NCBI RefSeq assembly: GCF_006345805.1
Contig: NC_043003.1
Coordinates: forward strand, 9,362,001 to 9,426,000
Direction: 5' to 3'
Length of the DNA: 64,000 nt
Source of the DNA: Octopus sinensis
Taxonomy: Eukaryota
Below are positions 1-11,736 of the stretch, in pieces. Numbering within the stretch: position 1 is the first letter of the stretch; each line of letters begins with the position of its first letter. The notes below the pieces were generated by a model. That model saw only the letters and a list, made by a program, of their open reading frames with translations, did no database searches and was not told where the DNA came from. The position numbers and the translations under genes are program-made.

Positions 1-1904
1 ATGGCTACGTTTATACATTGAGAAAATAATACATTTAGTAACTAAGTTATGTATATGTAAGACTATGGAAACCGAAATAAAAGCGTTTTACTAGAGAAAT
101 CCTCAGAGAAATGTAAGTAGAAGAGCTATCAGAGATACAGTAACTACCATAGAGTCCGCAACACCAGTCATAACAGCTTGCATATGTTTAATGGGTTATA
201 ATCATCAGATGGTGTACAAAAGAATTTTAGGTGTAAAAATAGCAGAAATTTTAACTAGGTAAAATACATAATACATTCCTCTCTTATATTTTGCCACTAA
301 ATGGAACATTTCACTTTTAACGAAAAATTCTATTTGCTTCATATAAACAGAGAAATGTTTAACATCGAGAGCATGTAAATAAATAATCATGTACACATAT
401 GTACACACGTGGAAATGTATACTTATGATACTTTTGCAACTAAATACTAAAGCTTACACCCAAATAAAATAAACATTCAGTTTGAATATAAATCAAGTGG
501 GAAGGCGAGAGGAATTTGACGTGAAACCCACACGATCATTTCAAGTTCACTCCAAAATACACACAAGTTGCTTTCACAGCATACAATGAATTGCAGACCA
601 CAATCATTTGCATTGTTCATAAATTGGAAACTATCTTCATTAGATAACAAAATATCTATATTGTGTTTCTGAAGATAAATATAATTTTCAAAATAAATAA
701 GATAATAATAATAAAGCACTAGAATTTAAAGATTAGCAAGAAAACTTTAGATTAATAAATAACAACGCCTTTTTTTAAAAAAAACTATGCAAGATATATA
801 CTGAGTATAATCGAACACGGAAAATATTATTGATAATTATTTTATCGATGTCAGGAAGATGAAAGGAAAGGTCACAGATGTAGCTATATAGTGTGATATA
901 TTTAGTTTAATCCACCTGGTCATTTAAGTCCTCTTTGTAAAGATAGCTTTTATTGAACATGACTAGTTAGGGAGCTACACTCATTGCGTAATATGCAGAT
1001 ACACTCCTCATCAAAACTGGACAAATATGATATCAGCAAGCGCTAAATCTCTGTAGCAAAGAGTTAGACATAGCCTAGAACATATCTGTTAAGGTGGCCA
1101 AGGAAGTAAAGATAAATTTTGAAAATTCATAACTATTATGAGGATTTCTTTATTGAACGTACAATGAAATCGAACATGAAATCATTTACTCGTGAAAGCT
1201 TTTGTGTTTTCCTATGTTCTATTTACTTTCACTGCTTTCCTTTTCATTTAAAACTGTCCACCGGCGAGAAGCCTAGAAGTTGTCAAAGCAAATGGACATC
1301 CAAATAGAAAAAGAAAGTTTTCGGTTTTGAAAACTAAAAGACGTGACAGGGAGAAAAGTATAAGCAACCCATACTGAATGTAGATATTTATGACATAAGT
1401 CGAGTAAACGCTGTAGGTAAATGTTTTCTTGGTATATTCAGGACTGCTGTTCGGCCAAACTAAACAACATTGGAAAAGAACACTGCCAAAATAACAACTA
1501 TGCTCTCATTATCTGTGAAATCCTGCGTATGCTTCAATTGGTGCTAGCATACTATTACTAATATTCCAAATATTCCAAGGCGGTTACTGACAGAAACATT
1601 TATCTTCTGCATATGCATATATGTAACTTTCACAAAAAATATAAAGAGTCAATATAGAGGGGATAATAAAAACAAAAATCAATTGTTGGCTCTGTATTAT
1701 ACAGAAATTAGTTCGGCTATAAAATATTCTTTGCCTATAAAATGTTGGCATTGTGCCTAATCGAAAAAATCCTAATTATTTAGTTGTTTCTTTTGAAAGT
1801 GAATAACACACATAAGACCTCGTTCAATGAGATTATTTTAGATTATAAGTATCTGTGCGCAAATATTTACACTAAAATATCTACTTGTGTATTTTTTATA
1901 TTTC

Positions 1905-2225
1905 CCTTGTGTCAGCCATTAGACTGTAGCCATCATAGAGCACCGCCTTCGAGGGTTTTCATCGAATGAATCGACTCCAGTATTTATTTTCTGAAAGCCA
2001 AGTAGTTATCATATACATTTCTTTCGGTGAACCGATAATTTTCGAAGACGGTAAATAAACTAACACCGGTTGTGAAACTGTGGCAAGGGACAATCAAAGA
2101 CAGCAGGCACATTTCTGTTAATCAAATCCACTCATAAGGCCTTGGTTGTCCCAGTGCTATAATAGAAGACAATTGCCCAAGCTGTCATGCAGTGGGACTG
2201 AGTCCAAAACCATGTGATTGAAAAT
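1905..2225 (-). mobile_element. Old, diverged copy of long SINE family B
   Basis: Recognisable similarity to the intact copies at 24283-24712 (aaatccactcataaggc, gcaccgccttc, gcagtgggactga). Confidence 0.6.
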
Positions 2226-3690
2226 CACATATATATGACAGAATGCATCATTATGGTTTTATGGAAAAGCTTTAATTAGATTCAAATGACATATTTTGGA
2301 ATGCATTATATGTTCTCATATCCTCACAATCTAGTTAAAATCAAAGCAACTAGTTCCTATTGGTGTGAAGATGTGGAATCTGATGCAGGCATATACAAAA
2401 TCATATACAGTATTTTCGCTTAATTGAAATTGCAATATCCTTGATGGCAGAATCGTTAGTGTATTCGAAAAATACCTGGCACTGTGTACTTTCTGCCTCT
2501 TTTCTTCGTGTACATACTTCCATGGTAAGCTTTGCTTTTTGTCTTTCCGAGGCAGACAAAAAAGATCGCTTTAGAAGAATACAAATCGAGAGTTAGAATC
2601 TCTCAATTAGTAGATTTTTTATGTCGTCATGGTAAATCATGTGACTACATATGTACTAAACTGTATCGGATACTAAATTTCCTTTCAACAATAACAGTCG
2701 CATGCATGAACAGGAAAGACTTACTGCCTCAGCAATTCGTGATCTCCATTACACCCATGCTTAAACTTGCACTCCAGAGAAGACAAACCTGAGTTGCATC
2801 GCCGGATTTGACCGATAAATATTGCAGCAAGATAATCCAGGTGCAGATCTATGGTTTCAAAACATACAATGATAAATATGTGCAGTTTGCATCTATGAAA
2901 TTACACTCATGGAATATTGATTAACAAGTGAACGAATGCCTATTGTAGAAATCGCTTGTTTAATATTCCACATTATGGAATCGAACCAAGAACGATGTGG
3001 TTGCAAAGCAAAGATCTTAATATAAATTTGAATCTTCTTTGTTCACTATCTCTTTGATAATACAGATGGTTTTCCCAGGTGCTAATTAGAAAGAGGGCTG
3101 ATTTTTTATTACTCACAAGGGGCCTCGAAGAGGGGACAAACAAACCATGTGGGTGATATATAACATATGAAAAATGAATGACATGAATTTATATATATTG
3201 GAAAGAGGGTTTATCTATATCCATTTCAGTTATATGTATTGATTTCATCATCAATTTAGACTTTCATTACTGTATCGTTTTGAATATAATTACCATTTAT
3301 ATGCAAATAGCTACATAAATTGAATAGGCTTTTCTCCTCTTACAAAAATTATCTCATGTATGAGAAAATGATCAACATTAATTATAGTATATGCAAATAT
3401 TAACATTTTCAATGGAAGACGCTTTTAATTTTCTTTATTTCATAGAAACACCCCTCCCAGATATTATATATAAATATTTTCGATATAAATAAATCAGATA
3501 TTTGAAATTGATATTCAAGAGAACTAAACTTAAAGACGCATAATTATAAAATCCAATTATAACTATAACAGCAAATTTTACATTATAGTCCAAAATATCT
3601 GAACAAACAAAATCGAATCTACAATCAAAGGAGTAATTTATGGAAGCAAAATAATTGATTTTATATAACTTGTATTATTAACCAATTAAT

Positions 3691-3910
3691 AAGCCGGCGA
3701 GCTGGTAGAGACATTATCGCATCAGAGAAAATGCTCAGTAGCATTTCTTCTGGCATTATATTGCGAGTTCAAATGTGACAAAGGTAAACTTTGCCTTTCA
3801 TCCTTTCGGGGTAAATAACATATGTAGCAGTTGAGTACTGAGATCGATGTAAACGACTACTTCTCCCCTAAAAAATTCATGCATTGTGTGTATAGTAGAA
3901 AGAATTATTA
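3691..3910 (+). mobile_element. Short tRNA-derived SINE family A, old copy
   Basis: Head aagccggcgagctggtagagacatt, B-box-like gagttcaaat, core ttgcctttcatcctttcgggg shared with many copies in the window. Confidence 0.75.
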
Positions 3911-4185
3911 TATTAGCCTGTAGTTTAATATCTAAATTTAGTTTGACAATATATATATATATCGATTGGAAGCCAGAATGAATATATTATCAAATAGGCG
4001 CATTAAATCCTCTGATCCTTTAATGATTATACCTATTTCATAAAAAAAAAATATATATTGACGCTTTCAGAAATATATCTGAATATATATATATATCATC
4101 ATTGTTTTTCAAATGAACAAATATCATTTATATATTGTTGAAATTTACAGAAAAACAAAAGACGCTCGGGAAAGCGAGAAAGTCT

Positions 4186-4236
<51 letters not shown>

Positions 4237-5505
4237 ATGATTTCATTTGACGTGTGCTCAATGGCAAAAAATATCAATGCCGTACTTTCGTTTTCATACG
4301 ATCATTTATGTCCCTGCCCTCCAAAAAAAGATTTTTTACGATAGAAAGTATCTTATTTCCCACAGAATTCCTTTCGGGTACATTAAGGCATAAGGATTTT
4401 GGAACTTTAGTTTATGAATCTTGAAATATATCATGCTAAAGTAAATGAGAATCTTATTAGATAAGTATAAACATGCATCAAACATAACATGTCACAACAG
4501 ATCAAATAAGTCAATTTTATTATATCCACTCATACATTTATCAATCCTTCACACGTATGTGGATGTGTTATAATAAAAGTATATATCAACGAATATATTA
4601 CTATCTTAGTAGAACATCCAAAGCAAAAGGAAAGACACCTTTTAACTCCTGAAAAGGGTTAAAGTCAGTTTTGCTGCACCAATGAATATCCGATGTGAGT
4701 GGAAATTAATCTTGTTCATCCACGTGTGATGTATTTGACAACGATATATACACAAGCCTTAAGCTGTGTAAATCTCCTTAGTAACACTGGTTCAATACAA
4801 TTCTGTAGCTCTAGAAAAAATTAATGAAAACGAAACAAATAAATAATTAAATGTCTCTTCTAGTCAATCACGTTGTAGTTTTGGCGAAACATCTGTAAAT
4901 ATTGGTTACTGAGGTATTCGATACTTTTTGACAAAATCGATTTACTTGCTCTACTTCGTAACACATTTCACATTAGTTAGCTTAGCAATAGGATTCCGTT
5001 TGTTTTACCCCTCTCCCTTTCGCTCGCAAACTCTTAATTAGTTTCCAGTCGAATATATTGTTTTTTCACTATTAAACACGTTCAGGTGTTTGGATGACCT
5101 GTATTCTATGTTGTTTCACTTGCCGTCTGATAAGACATTCAAAGCGAAAACAATTCTCAAACAATCTAATTTTCTTTTATTATCTGACGAACGGTTTCTG
5201 ATACAAAGGGCTCACATGTTATTTTCCCTTTCTTTCTATTTTTGTTTCTTAAAGGGAACACAGTATGCATTTTCTCAAATTTTTCGTCATTTTCGATTTT
5301 CGGTGAAACAATATTTCTTTCTTAAATGACGATACCTTTAAAATTGCTATTATATAAGATTTTAAAGAAAAATCAAATTCTATCGTCTTCATCAGACACT
5401 ATGAATGAACTTGAGAATTATTCTTACTAATCCGTCACACAAATTTTAAAAGTGGATGCAATAAATTTTGTGCAAGTTTTATAAGTCCTACATTTGACCA
5501 AAGTC

Positions 5506-5686
5506 AGAGTACGAAAGAAATATTGCAAGTCATTTTATTCGGATATTTAACGATTCTGCTAAGCCGCCGAATTAATAATGATGACTATATCTTAGTCGTA
5601 ATCCAATAAGAAACGAACTATTTCTATTCTATAAATTAAATACCCCACCCTCATCATTGAGATGTTTTGTTGCACAGTATATAGGC
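5506..5686. repeat. Left arm of ~181-bp inverted duplication
   Basis: Reverse complement of 7875-8056, about 13 differences by eye. Confidence 0.9.
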
Positions 5687-5687
5687 G

Positions 5688-5898
5688 TCTGTCCTTGTTT
5701 GTCCCTTCTGTGTTTAGCTCCATGTGGGTAGTAAAGAAATAAGTATTTCGTCTGCCGCTACGTTCTGAGTTCAAATTCTGCCGAGGTCGACTTTGTCTTT
5801 CATCCTTTCGGGGTCGATTAAATAAGTACCAGTTACGCACCGGGGTTGATATAATCGACTTAATCCGTTTGTCTGTCCTTGTTTGTCCTCTCTATGTC
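5688..5898 (+). mobile_element. SINE A segment: tail-2 fragment fused to a body starting at gtatttcg
   Basis: tctgtccttgttt...gtagtaaagaaataa (5688-5742) followed by gtatttcgtctgccgctacg...ctctctatgt; same junction as 16661 and 17242. Confidence 0.85.
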
Positions 5899-5942
5899 TA
5901 CGAAATACTGCTAAGCATTTCGCCCGGCGTGCTAACGTTTCT
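5899..5942 (-). mobile_element. SINE A head, downstream half, interrupted by the ORF1 element
   Basis: Minus strand agaaacgttagcacgccgggcgaaatgcttagcagtatttcg; an uninterrupted equivalent is at 23356-23418. Confidence 0.9.
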
Positions 5943-7681
5943 TATTTCTTTATTACCCACTAGGGGCGACACAGAAAGGGACACTAAGAAACATGGGGAC
6001 ATATAACATTATAATTAAATTTTATGAACATGAATTGTTAAACGAATAAATGATTAAATGAAAGCGATACCAACGGCCCCGTCCGTCAGCATCACTTACC
6101 TGTCCTTTGTTTTTCATAGTCACTTGAATGTTCTTTGCCAATACGAATAAATTCCATATCCATTCTTACTCCGAAATACTCATCCATGTTTTCCACGAAT
6201 TCATCGCTCATTCTTATATCTTTCACCTCCCAATTCTTCCTTTCACACCTCCCCATAAACTCACCTATGTTCTTCTTTTCAATCACAGCATACCTAGTCT
6301 CACCAACATCATACCATTTATACTCTTCCATTAGACTTTTAACTTCTTTCTGTTCAGTCATAGTACAAATGTACATCCTGATATCGTTTTCAATCTCTTG
6401 TGTGTGTGTATTCTTTTTTTTCTTTTGTTTTCTTGTTGGGGGGGAGCGGGTGGGTTCAATGTCTGCATGGGTAGGGTGGGACTCAGAGGGCGTGGGTGGT
6501 TTTGGGGTGGATTGGAGTTCCATATTGTTTTCTTTTCCACGTATTCTTCTCTTCCTCTTACTTCCAGCTTCCTTCCATTTCTGTGTATTCTCTTCCTCTG
6601 TTTCCTTCTCCTCTGGTTTCTGCTTCTCTCTCTCTGGTTCGGAATCCATTTCTTTCCCTGGGGGAGGGCAGAAGGCTCTTATGTGACCCCTCAGGCCACA
6701 CTTGTAACAACGTGGAGCCCTGCCCTCCACCCACACTCTCATGATCACTTCTCCCAGTCTGATGCTTTCCGTCAGGTCCACCAGTACCTCGGTCTCTGCC
6801 TGTACGTTCAGCTCCACTGTTACGCCTCTCCAGCCCTCGGACTTAACCGAGGCATGGAGAATATCCACTTCGTCCTCGTGGCCGCTGATCACAGCCGCCA
6901 CAATCCATTCTGCCTCCACGTTTGGTGGCACTCCCTCCACCCTTATTCGTGTAATCCTCCTGTTTAAATACGTAGGTAACAGTGTTACCTTTTCCGACTT
7001 CACCGCCTTCGCTGCCATCTTCCTCGCTGCAGGTTCACTTTTAAAGTGCACAACTACGGTCCCGTACTTGGATCCTCGAGTCAGAAAATTTATTTCCTCC
7101 TCAGTTCTTCGCAGGGCTTCCTCTATCCATTCCATGGATACAACTTCTACCCTCTTCCTTTCGTTTGCGCACACCCTGTAAACAATGGTCCTCTTATCAT
7201 ACCATTCTTTTCTCCTGGGTGTCGGTGATAGTTCCACCTCACCGCTTTCCTTTTTCATGTGTTTCTGGTAACTTGGTAGCTTGGCCAAGTCGACTCCTTT
7301 CTCTTCTGCCTTCTTGGTTACACCGGCATAAGTATAACTCAGCTTCTTTTCCAATTTCCTTGCTGCCATTTCTAGCTCCTTCTCAGACAAGTCTGATAAA
7401 GACTCGAAAAATCCAGCCTTTTCCTCCATCAGCTTCACTGCAATTGCCTGTTCCAGTTCCTCATCTGTCGTGGACAAGTCTGTTAGAGACTCATAGTCCA
7501 TTTCCTTCTGTCTGACAGACCGAAAACGGCCGCCAAAACAGAAAAAAGTTTAACGCGCTGAACGAGCGAAACGCGAAACCGCGTCAACGCCGTTCAGAAT
7601 TTCCACAACAACAACCACGCTTTTTGTTCTTTTTTACCGAATTTTACAGAGCGTAAAAAAACACGACCGACGTCAAACGAA
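5943..7681 (-). mobile_element. ORF1-only (HAL1-like) non-autonomous L1/Tx1-clade retrotransposon
   Basis: Perfect 14-bp TSD gtgctaacgtttct at 5929-5942 and 7682-7695; 180-nt 5' UTR, single 469-aa ORF, 149-nt 3' UTR ending gcccctagtgggtaataaagaaata; no endonuclease or RT sequence between the TSDs. Confidence 0.88.
6092..7501 (-). CDS. Gag-like ORF1 protein: RRM-like region, CCHC zinc knuckle, extra C-terminal domain
   Basis: Uninterrupted 469 codons; VEGRAPRCYKCGLRGHIRAFC (C265-C268-H273-C278) is a CX2CX4HX4C knuckle in the context typical of L1/Tx1 ORF1. Confidence 0.88.
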   Translation of the reverse strand: MDYESLTDLSTTDEELEQAIAVKLMEEKAGFFESLSDLSEKELEMAARKLEKKLSYTYAGVTKKAEEKGVDLAKLPSYQKHMKKESGEVELSPTPRRKEWYDKRTIVYRVCANERKRVEVVSMEWIEEALRRTEEEINFLTRGSKYGTVVVHFKSEPAARKMAAKAVKSEKVTLLPTYLNRRITRIRVEGVPPNVEAEWIVAAVISGHEDEVDILHASVKSEGWRGVTVELNVQAETEVLVDLTESIRLGEVIMRVWVEGRAPRCYKCGLRGHIRAFCPPPGKEMDSEPEREKQKPEEKETEEENTQKWKEAGSKRKRRIRGKENNMELQSTPKPPTPSESHPTHADIEPTRSPPTRKQKKKKNTHTQEIENDIRMYICTMTEQKEVKSLMEEYKWYDVGETRYAVIEKKNIGEFMGRCERKNWEVKDIRMSDEFVENMDEYFGVRMDMEFIRIGKEHSSDYEKQRTGK

Positions 7682-7708
7682 GTGCTAACGTTTCTGCCAG
7701 CTCAACGC
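7682..7708 (-). mobile_element. SINE A head, upstream half
   Basis: Minus strand ggcgttgagctggcagaaacgttagcac, continuous with 5899-5942 once one TSD copy is removed. Confidence 0.85.
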
Positions 7709-7874
7709 CTTTGAACGTGTGAATACTGATTGCTGAATATTCAATAATTTTTGATAAAAGATTTGCTCGGCCTACTTCAGTTTTTACCAACTTCCGCATT
7801 TGTTATGTTAACTACAAGGTTATCACATCTCTAGCAATCACATATCATAGTTTTCTCTGGGCTTTTGCTTATTT

Positions 7875-8056
7875 GCCTATACACTGTGCAACAAAACATC
7901 TCGATGATGAGGGAGGGGTCTTTTCATTAATACAATAAAAACAGTTCGTTTCTTATTAGATTACGACTAAGATATAGTCATCATTATTAATTCGGCGGCT
8001 TGGCAGAATCGTTAAATATCCGAATAAAATGACTTGCAGTATTTCTTTCGTACTCT
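7875..8056. repeat. Right arm of ~181-bp inverted duplication
   Basis: Reverse complement of 5506-5686. Confidence 0.9.
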
Positions 8057-8200
8057 ACGCTTTTAAATTAAAATTTCACTGAGATCAGCTTTGTCTTACA
8101 TCCTTCTGAGTTAAAAAAACTTGAGTGCGTTATCGGTATAATCGACTATATATTCTCTCAAAATTTGAGGTATTTTGTGTATATTAGAAATAAATATTAG
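7994..8200 (+). mobile_element. SINE A, old diverged copy
   Basis: ggcggcttggcagaatcgtt head and decayed body. Confidence 0.65.
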
Positions 8201-9123
8201 AGAAAGATAATGGCAAATTATCAAAATGATATACTAATTGAACCCACCCTCTAATCTGAATTCAAGTTCAAATTCACATTTAGATCGTAGCCACTTGTGC
8301 TGAGCTAGTAACCTTTTCGTTCGATTATAGAAAAGAAAATAGAAAGTAAATGAAATTTTTCTTTGAGTGTCTTGTGTCTGAAACATTCATCTATTTATAA
8401 GAAAAAATATTTTGGTCATTTCAAAAGGTGAATGAGAGAATAGAGGATACTCGAGTGGCCAAACGTCTTTAATAATAATAAAAAACAAACAATATATCTA
8501 GCTGGAAACCAGTTAAGTAGATTTTGCAATGGAACGAGAAGAAGGCTACTCCGAACGGAGCCCTATAGCTGAACTAACGAATGTATACCCCCACCCTTCA
8601 TCGTCGTTAATATAAATACCATAGAGTTTTAGTTTAATTTGCGAAAAAAATCTACAAAAGTTCACGCCGTGTTTTAAAAATATGCAGGATGAACTTTTTG
8701 TCGCATTGTAATTATCTGAGAAAAGATGGCTTACCAGAAAAATATTTTCCGTGTTCTGTTTCATTGGCTCGTTCATGAGAAATATGCTTGCTAACTACCA
8801 ATCCGTTTAGAAAATGTCAAGCTATTTTTTGTTTCGAATGAAGAAATAGCTCACTATCATTATTCATAAAAGAATGTCAGATGCTAATTTTTTCAGAGTG
8901 TCAAACAGTTAAAAATATAATCTAACCTTCTAGTTCAATTTTAAGAACACACAAGGAATAAAAGGCAATCATATTTTTTGAAAAGTGGTTTACGTTTTTC
9001 ATACGTGATTCGTGTGTTGTATGATATTTCTTAGTTGATCAAATTAGCGGTTACCAGGGAAGAAGAAAACTTCCCATCAACATTGAAAATATTTTATTAT
9101 TATTATTATACAAGGATTATACA

Positions 9124-9340
9124 GTAAGCTAGCAGAATCATTACCACGCCGAAGAAAATGCTTAACTGCATTTCTTCCGGCTTTACGTTCTGATTTCAAA
9201 TGCCTTCGATGACGACTTAGCCTTTTATCCTTTCGGGGACAATAAAATAAATATCAGTTGAGCACTGGAGCCGATGAAATTCCCTAGCCTCTTCCACATA
9301 AATTTCAGGCCTTCTGTCTATAATACAAAGGATTATTATG
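9124..9340 (+). mobile_element. SINE A, old copy
   Basis: agctagcagaatcattaccacgccg head, ccttttatcctttcgggg core. Confidence 0.7.
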
Positions 9341-9523
9341 CAAAGACATTCGTTTAATTTTGTTGAAAGTTCATAAATATAAGTCACAATTTCTTTCGTA
9401 GAAATGTAAATTAGAAAACGGTTTCCAGTCAAATCATTTAGAAGATGGTATCTGTTTATATATGCGAAAATATTCACCATTTATTCCCGCAATTTGCCAG
9501 AAACATTTTCTAGCACTAAATAT

Positions 9524-9939
9524 GGATCTTTTCGGTTTGAACGGCAGTTTTTAACATAATTTCTAGGTAACTAAAAAATGTTAAACTTCGTATACAGGTA
9601 GAATATGTTTATAAAACATCTTTTTCTCTTGGCTTTATTGAGAAAATTCTATAGTTTGTAAGATATTTGTTGTTTTTTTTCTTCAATTTCTGCAATTTCA
9701 ACCAATCACTGACGTCCATTGAGGTAAACAACATTATGTGCCATATGACTATGTCCCTCGTTTAAGAAACAGATTGGGTTTATTTACATTTGTGAAGAAA
9801 AAAAGATACCCTTCCCCCACCCCTAACCCTAACCCTAAAATAGATTGAAATGCAATAGATCGATACTGGGGTCATAATTATGGGTGACAATTTCATATGA
9901 CACCGCTAGAAAAAACTGCCGTTCAAACGGAAAAGATCC
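9524..9939. mobile_element. 416-bp MITE with 29-bp TIRs and 8-bp TSD (Merlin-like by GG termini)
   Basis: TIR ggatcttttcggtttgaacggcagttttt (9524-9552) vs 9911-9939 with one mismatch; TSD ctaaatat at 9516-9523 and 9940-9947; internal (CCCTAA)3 at 9821-9838. Confidence 0.85.
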
Positions 9940-10277
9940 CTAAATATTATTACACCCTGTTTTGTGATAGAAAGAGACACGGCATAACTTTATTATTGGA
10001 TAGTGTATTAGTAGAGTCGCTGGAGCCTCGGACAACATTGTGGTTCATTCCTGGCTACTTATATTCTGAATTAATCCAATTAAGTTCAAATTTGCATCTC
10101 ATTCGTTCTGGATCGGATAAAGCACTGGGGTAGATTTAACTTGCTGCCCATCTATACAACACAAATCCTCGGCCAACAGTTGAAATCTGATGATGGAGAT
10201 GATTTTACACACTAATAATTGGTGATTTTACTCTGCCACCACAGCAATGTTATCAATTTGTAACAGCCTATATTACT

Positions 10278-10330
<53 letters not shown>

Positions 10331-11244
10331 TGCATGCATCCTATAATTCATTCATATGTACAAACTATCTAAAAGCGGAATGGTTTAAAAAAGGATCTTT
10401 AGTGAAAAGGATTGTTTTAGAAGTATGAGCTTTACTTATATATGCTTGGTTGTGTATATTTTGTACGCTAACAATGTGAATATATGCTCGCATCTGTCAA
10501 TGCAATTCATATACTTCGCAGGATAAGAGCACACATCTATATACGTGTGTCTGTGTGTGTGACTTTATATAGGAAAATGTCAGATGTAGAACAGTTGTGT
10601 ACATGGATCCACTTTTATACAAAATGTGTATGAAAGCATAGTTTTATGTGAGCATGCGAGTGTGCGCGTGGTCGCGTACCTGAACAATTAATTCACTCAA
10701 CTTAGATTTCAAATAGCTTTAAGAAATATGATAGCTATTGTTGTATTCACGCTAGCTAGCAAAACGAGCAGGAGAATTATCAGTAATAGCAGCAGACTCA
10801 CTTGGGATGGAATCTTAAAAGCAATATCAGCAGCGTTAGTAGTAACAGTAGCTTTATTGTAACAGTCTTAGTATAGATAGTAACAGCTGGAGCATTAGGA
10901 GACGCAGCAGTGATAGCGATAATTCCAGTCGTGTGTAAATGATTCAGTAGTAACAAATATGATAGCACAAGCAGTAGCAATGATAAGAGCAATAACGGTT
11001 CAATTAAATGCTTTGCCAGAGTTATATTTCCTTTGCTATGTGGGTTCAAATCCCACCAGAGGTGACATTACTCTGAAAACTATTTTCAATAAATCTTCTA
11101 CTTTGCGCCATTGTTAAAAATTCATAAACTTCCAAATTGATCGACTGGAAATTGAAACTTTAATTTTGCAAATAAATTTTGAATACTTGCATTAGTATTC
11201 ATACAGAGTTGCTCTGTGTATATAAACAAGATGCTATTATTTAG

Positions 11245-11300
<56 letters not shown>

Positions 11301-11303
<3 letters not shown>

Positions 11304-11478
11304 ACTAAACCTTTTTTTCATTTTCTCTCTCTGCTTATTTCTGTGTTCCTTTCTGTTGAAGAGCGTAGGCTCGAAACGTTAAAGACTTTCTCACTTTCCG
11401 AGCGTTAAACTAATACATCTGTTTGTTGTTTACATACCCGTCTTCGTCTTTTGCTTTTGTTTTTTGTAAATTCCAACT
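11301..11478 (+). mobile_element. Penelope-type short repeat with hammerhead-like motif, copy 1
   Basis: ctgttgaa-gagc-gtag-gctc-gaaacgtt motif at 11353-11380; flanked by (TA)n; similar to 11500-11683 and 33105-33297. Confidence 0.65.
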
Positions 11479-11499
11479 ATATATATATATATATATTAT

Positions 11500-11681
11500 C
11501 ATGTTGAACCGTTGATCCCTATACATTTTTTCTCTCTCCGTTTTTTACCCTCTTAATGCTTTCTGTCGAAGAGTGTAGGCTCGAAACGGCAAAGACTCTT
11601 ACATTTATTCCCGACCGTTAAACTAATACACCTGCTTGTTGTTCCTTCACCTGTCTTCGTCTTTTGTTTTCTGTAAATTTG

Positions 11682-11683
<2 letters not shown>
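11500..11683 (+). mobile_element. Penelope-type short repeat, copy 2 (tandem with copy 1)
   Basis: ctgtcgaa-gagt-gtag-gctc-gaaacggc; same downstream gtcttcgtcttttg block. Confidence 0.65.

Positions 11684-11730
<47 letters not shown>

Positions 11731-11736
<6 letters not shown>

Noticed and set aside
6128-7515. Several plus-strand ORFs (up to 189 aa) antisense to the ORF1 gene
   Set aside because: Expected shadow of a purine-rich coding strand; Phe/Ser/Leu-rich with no motifs.
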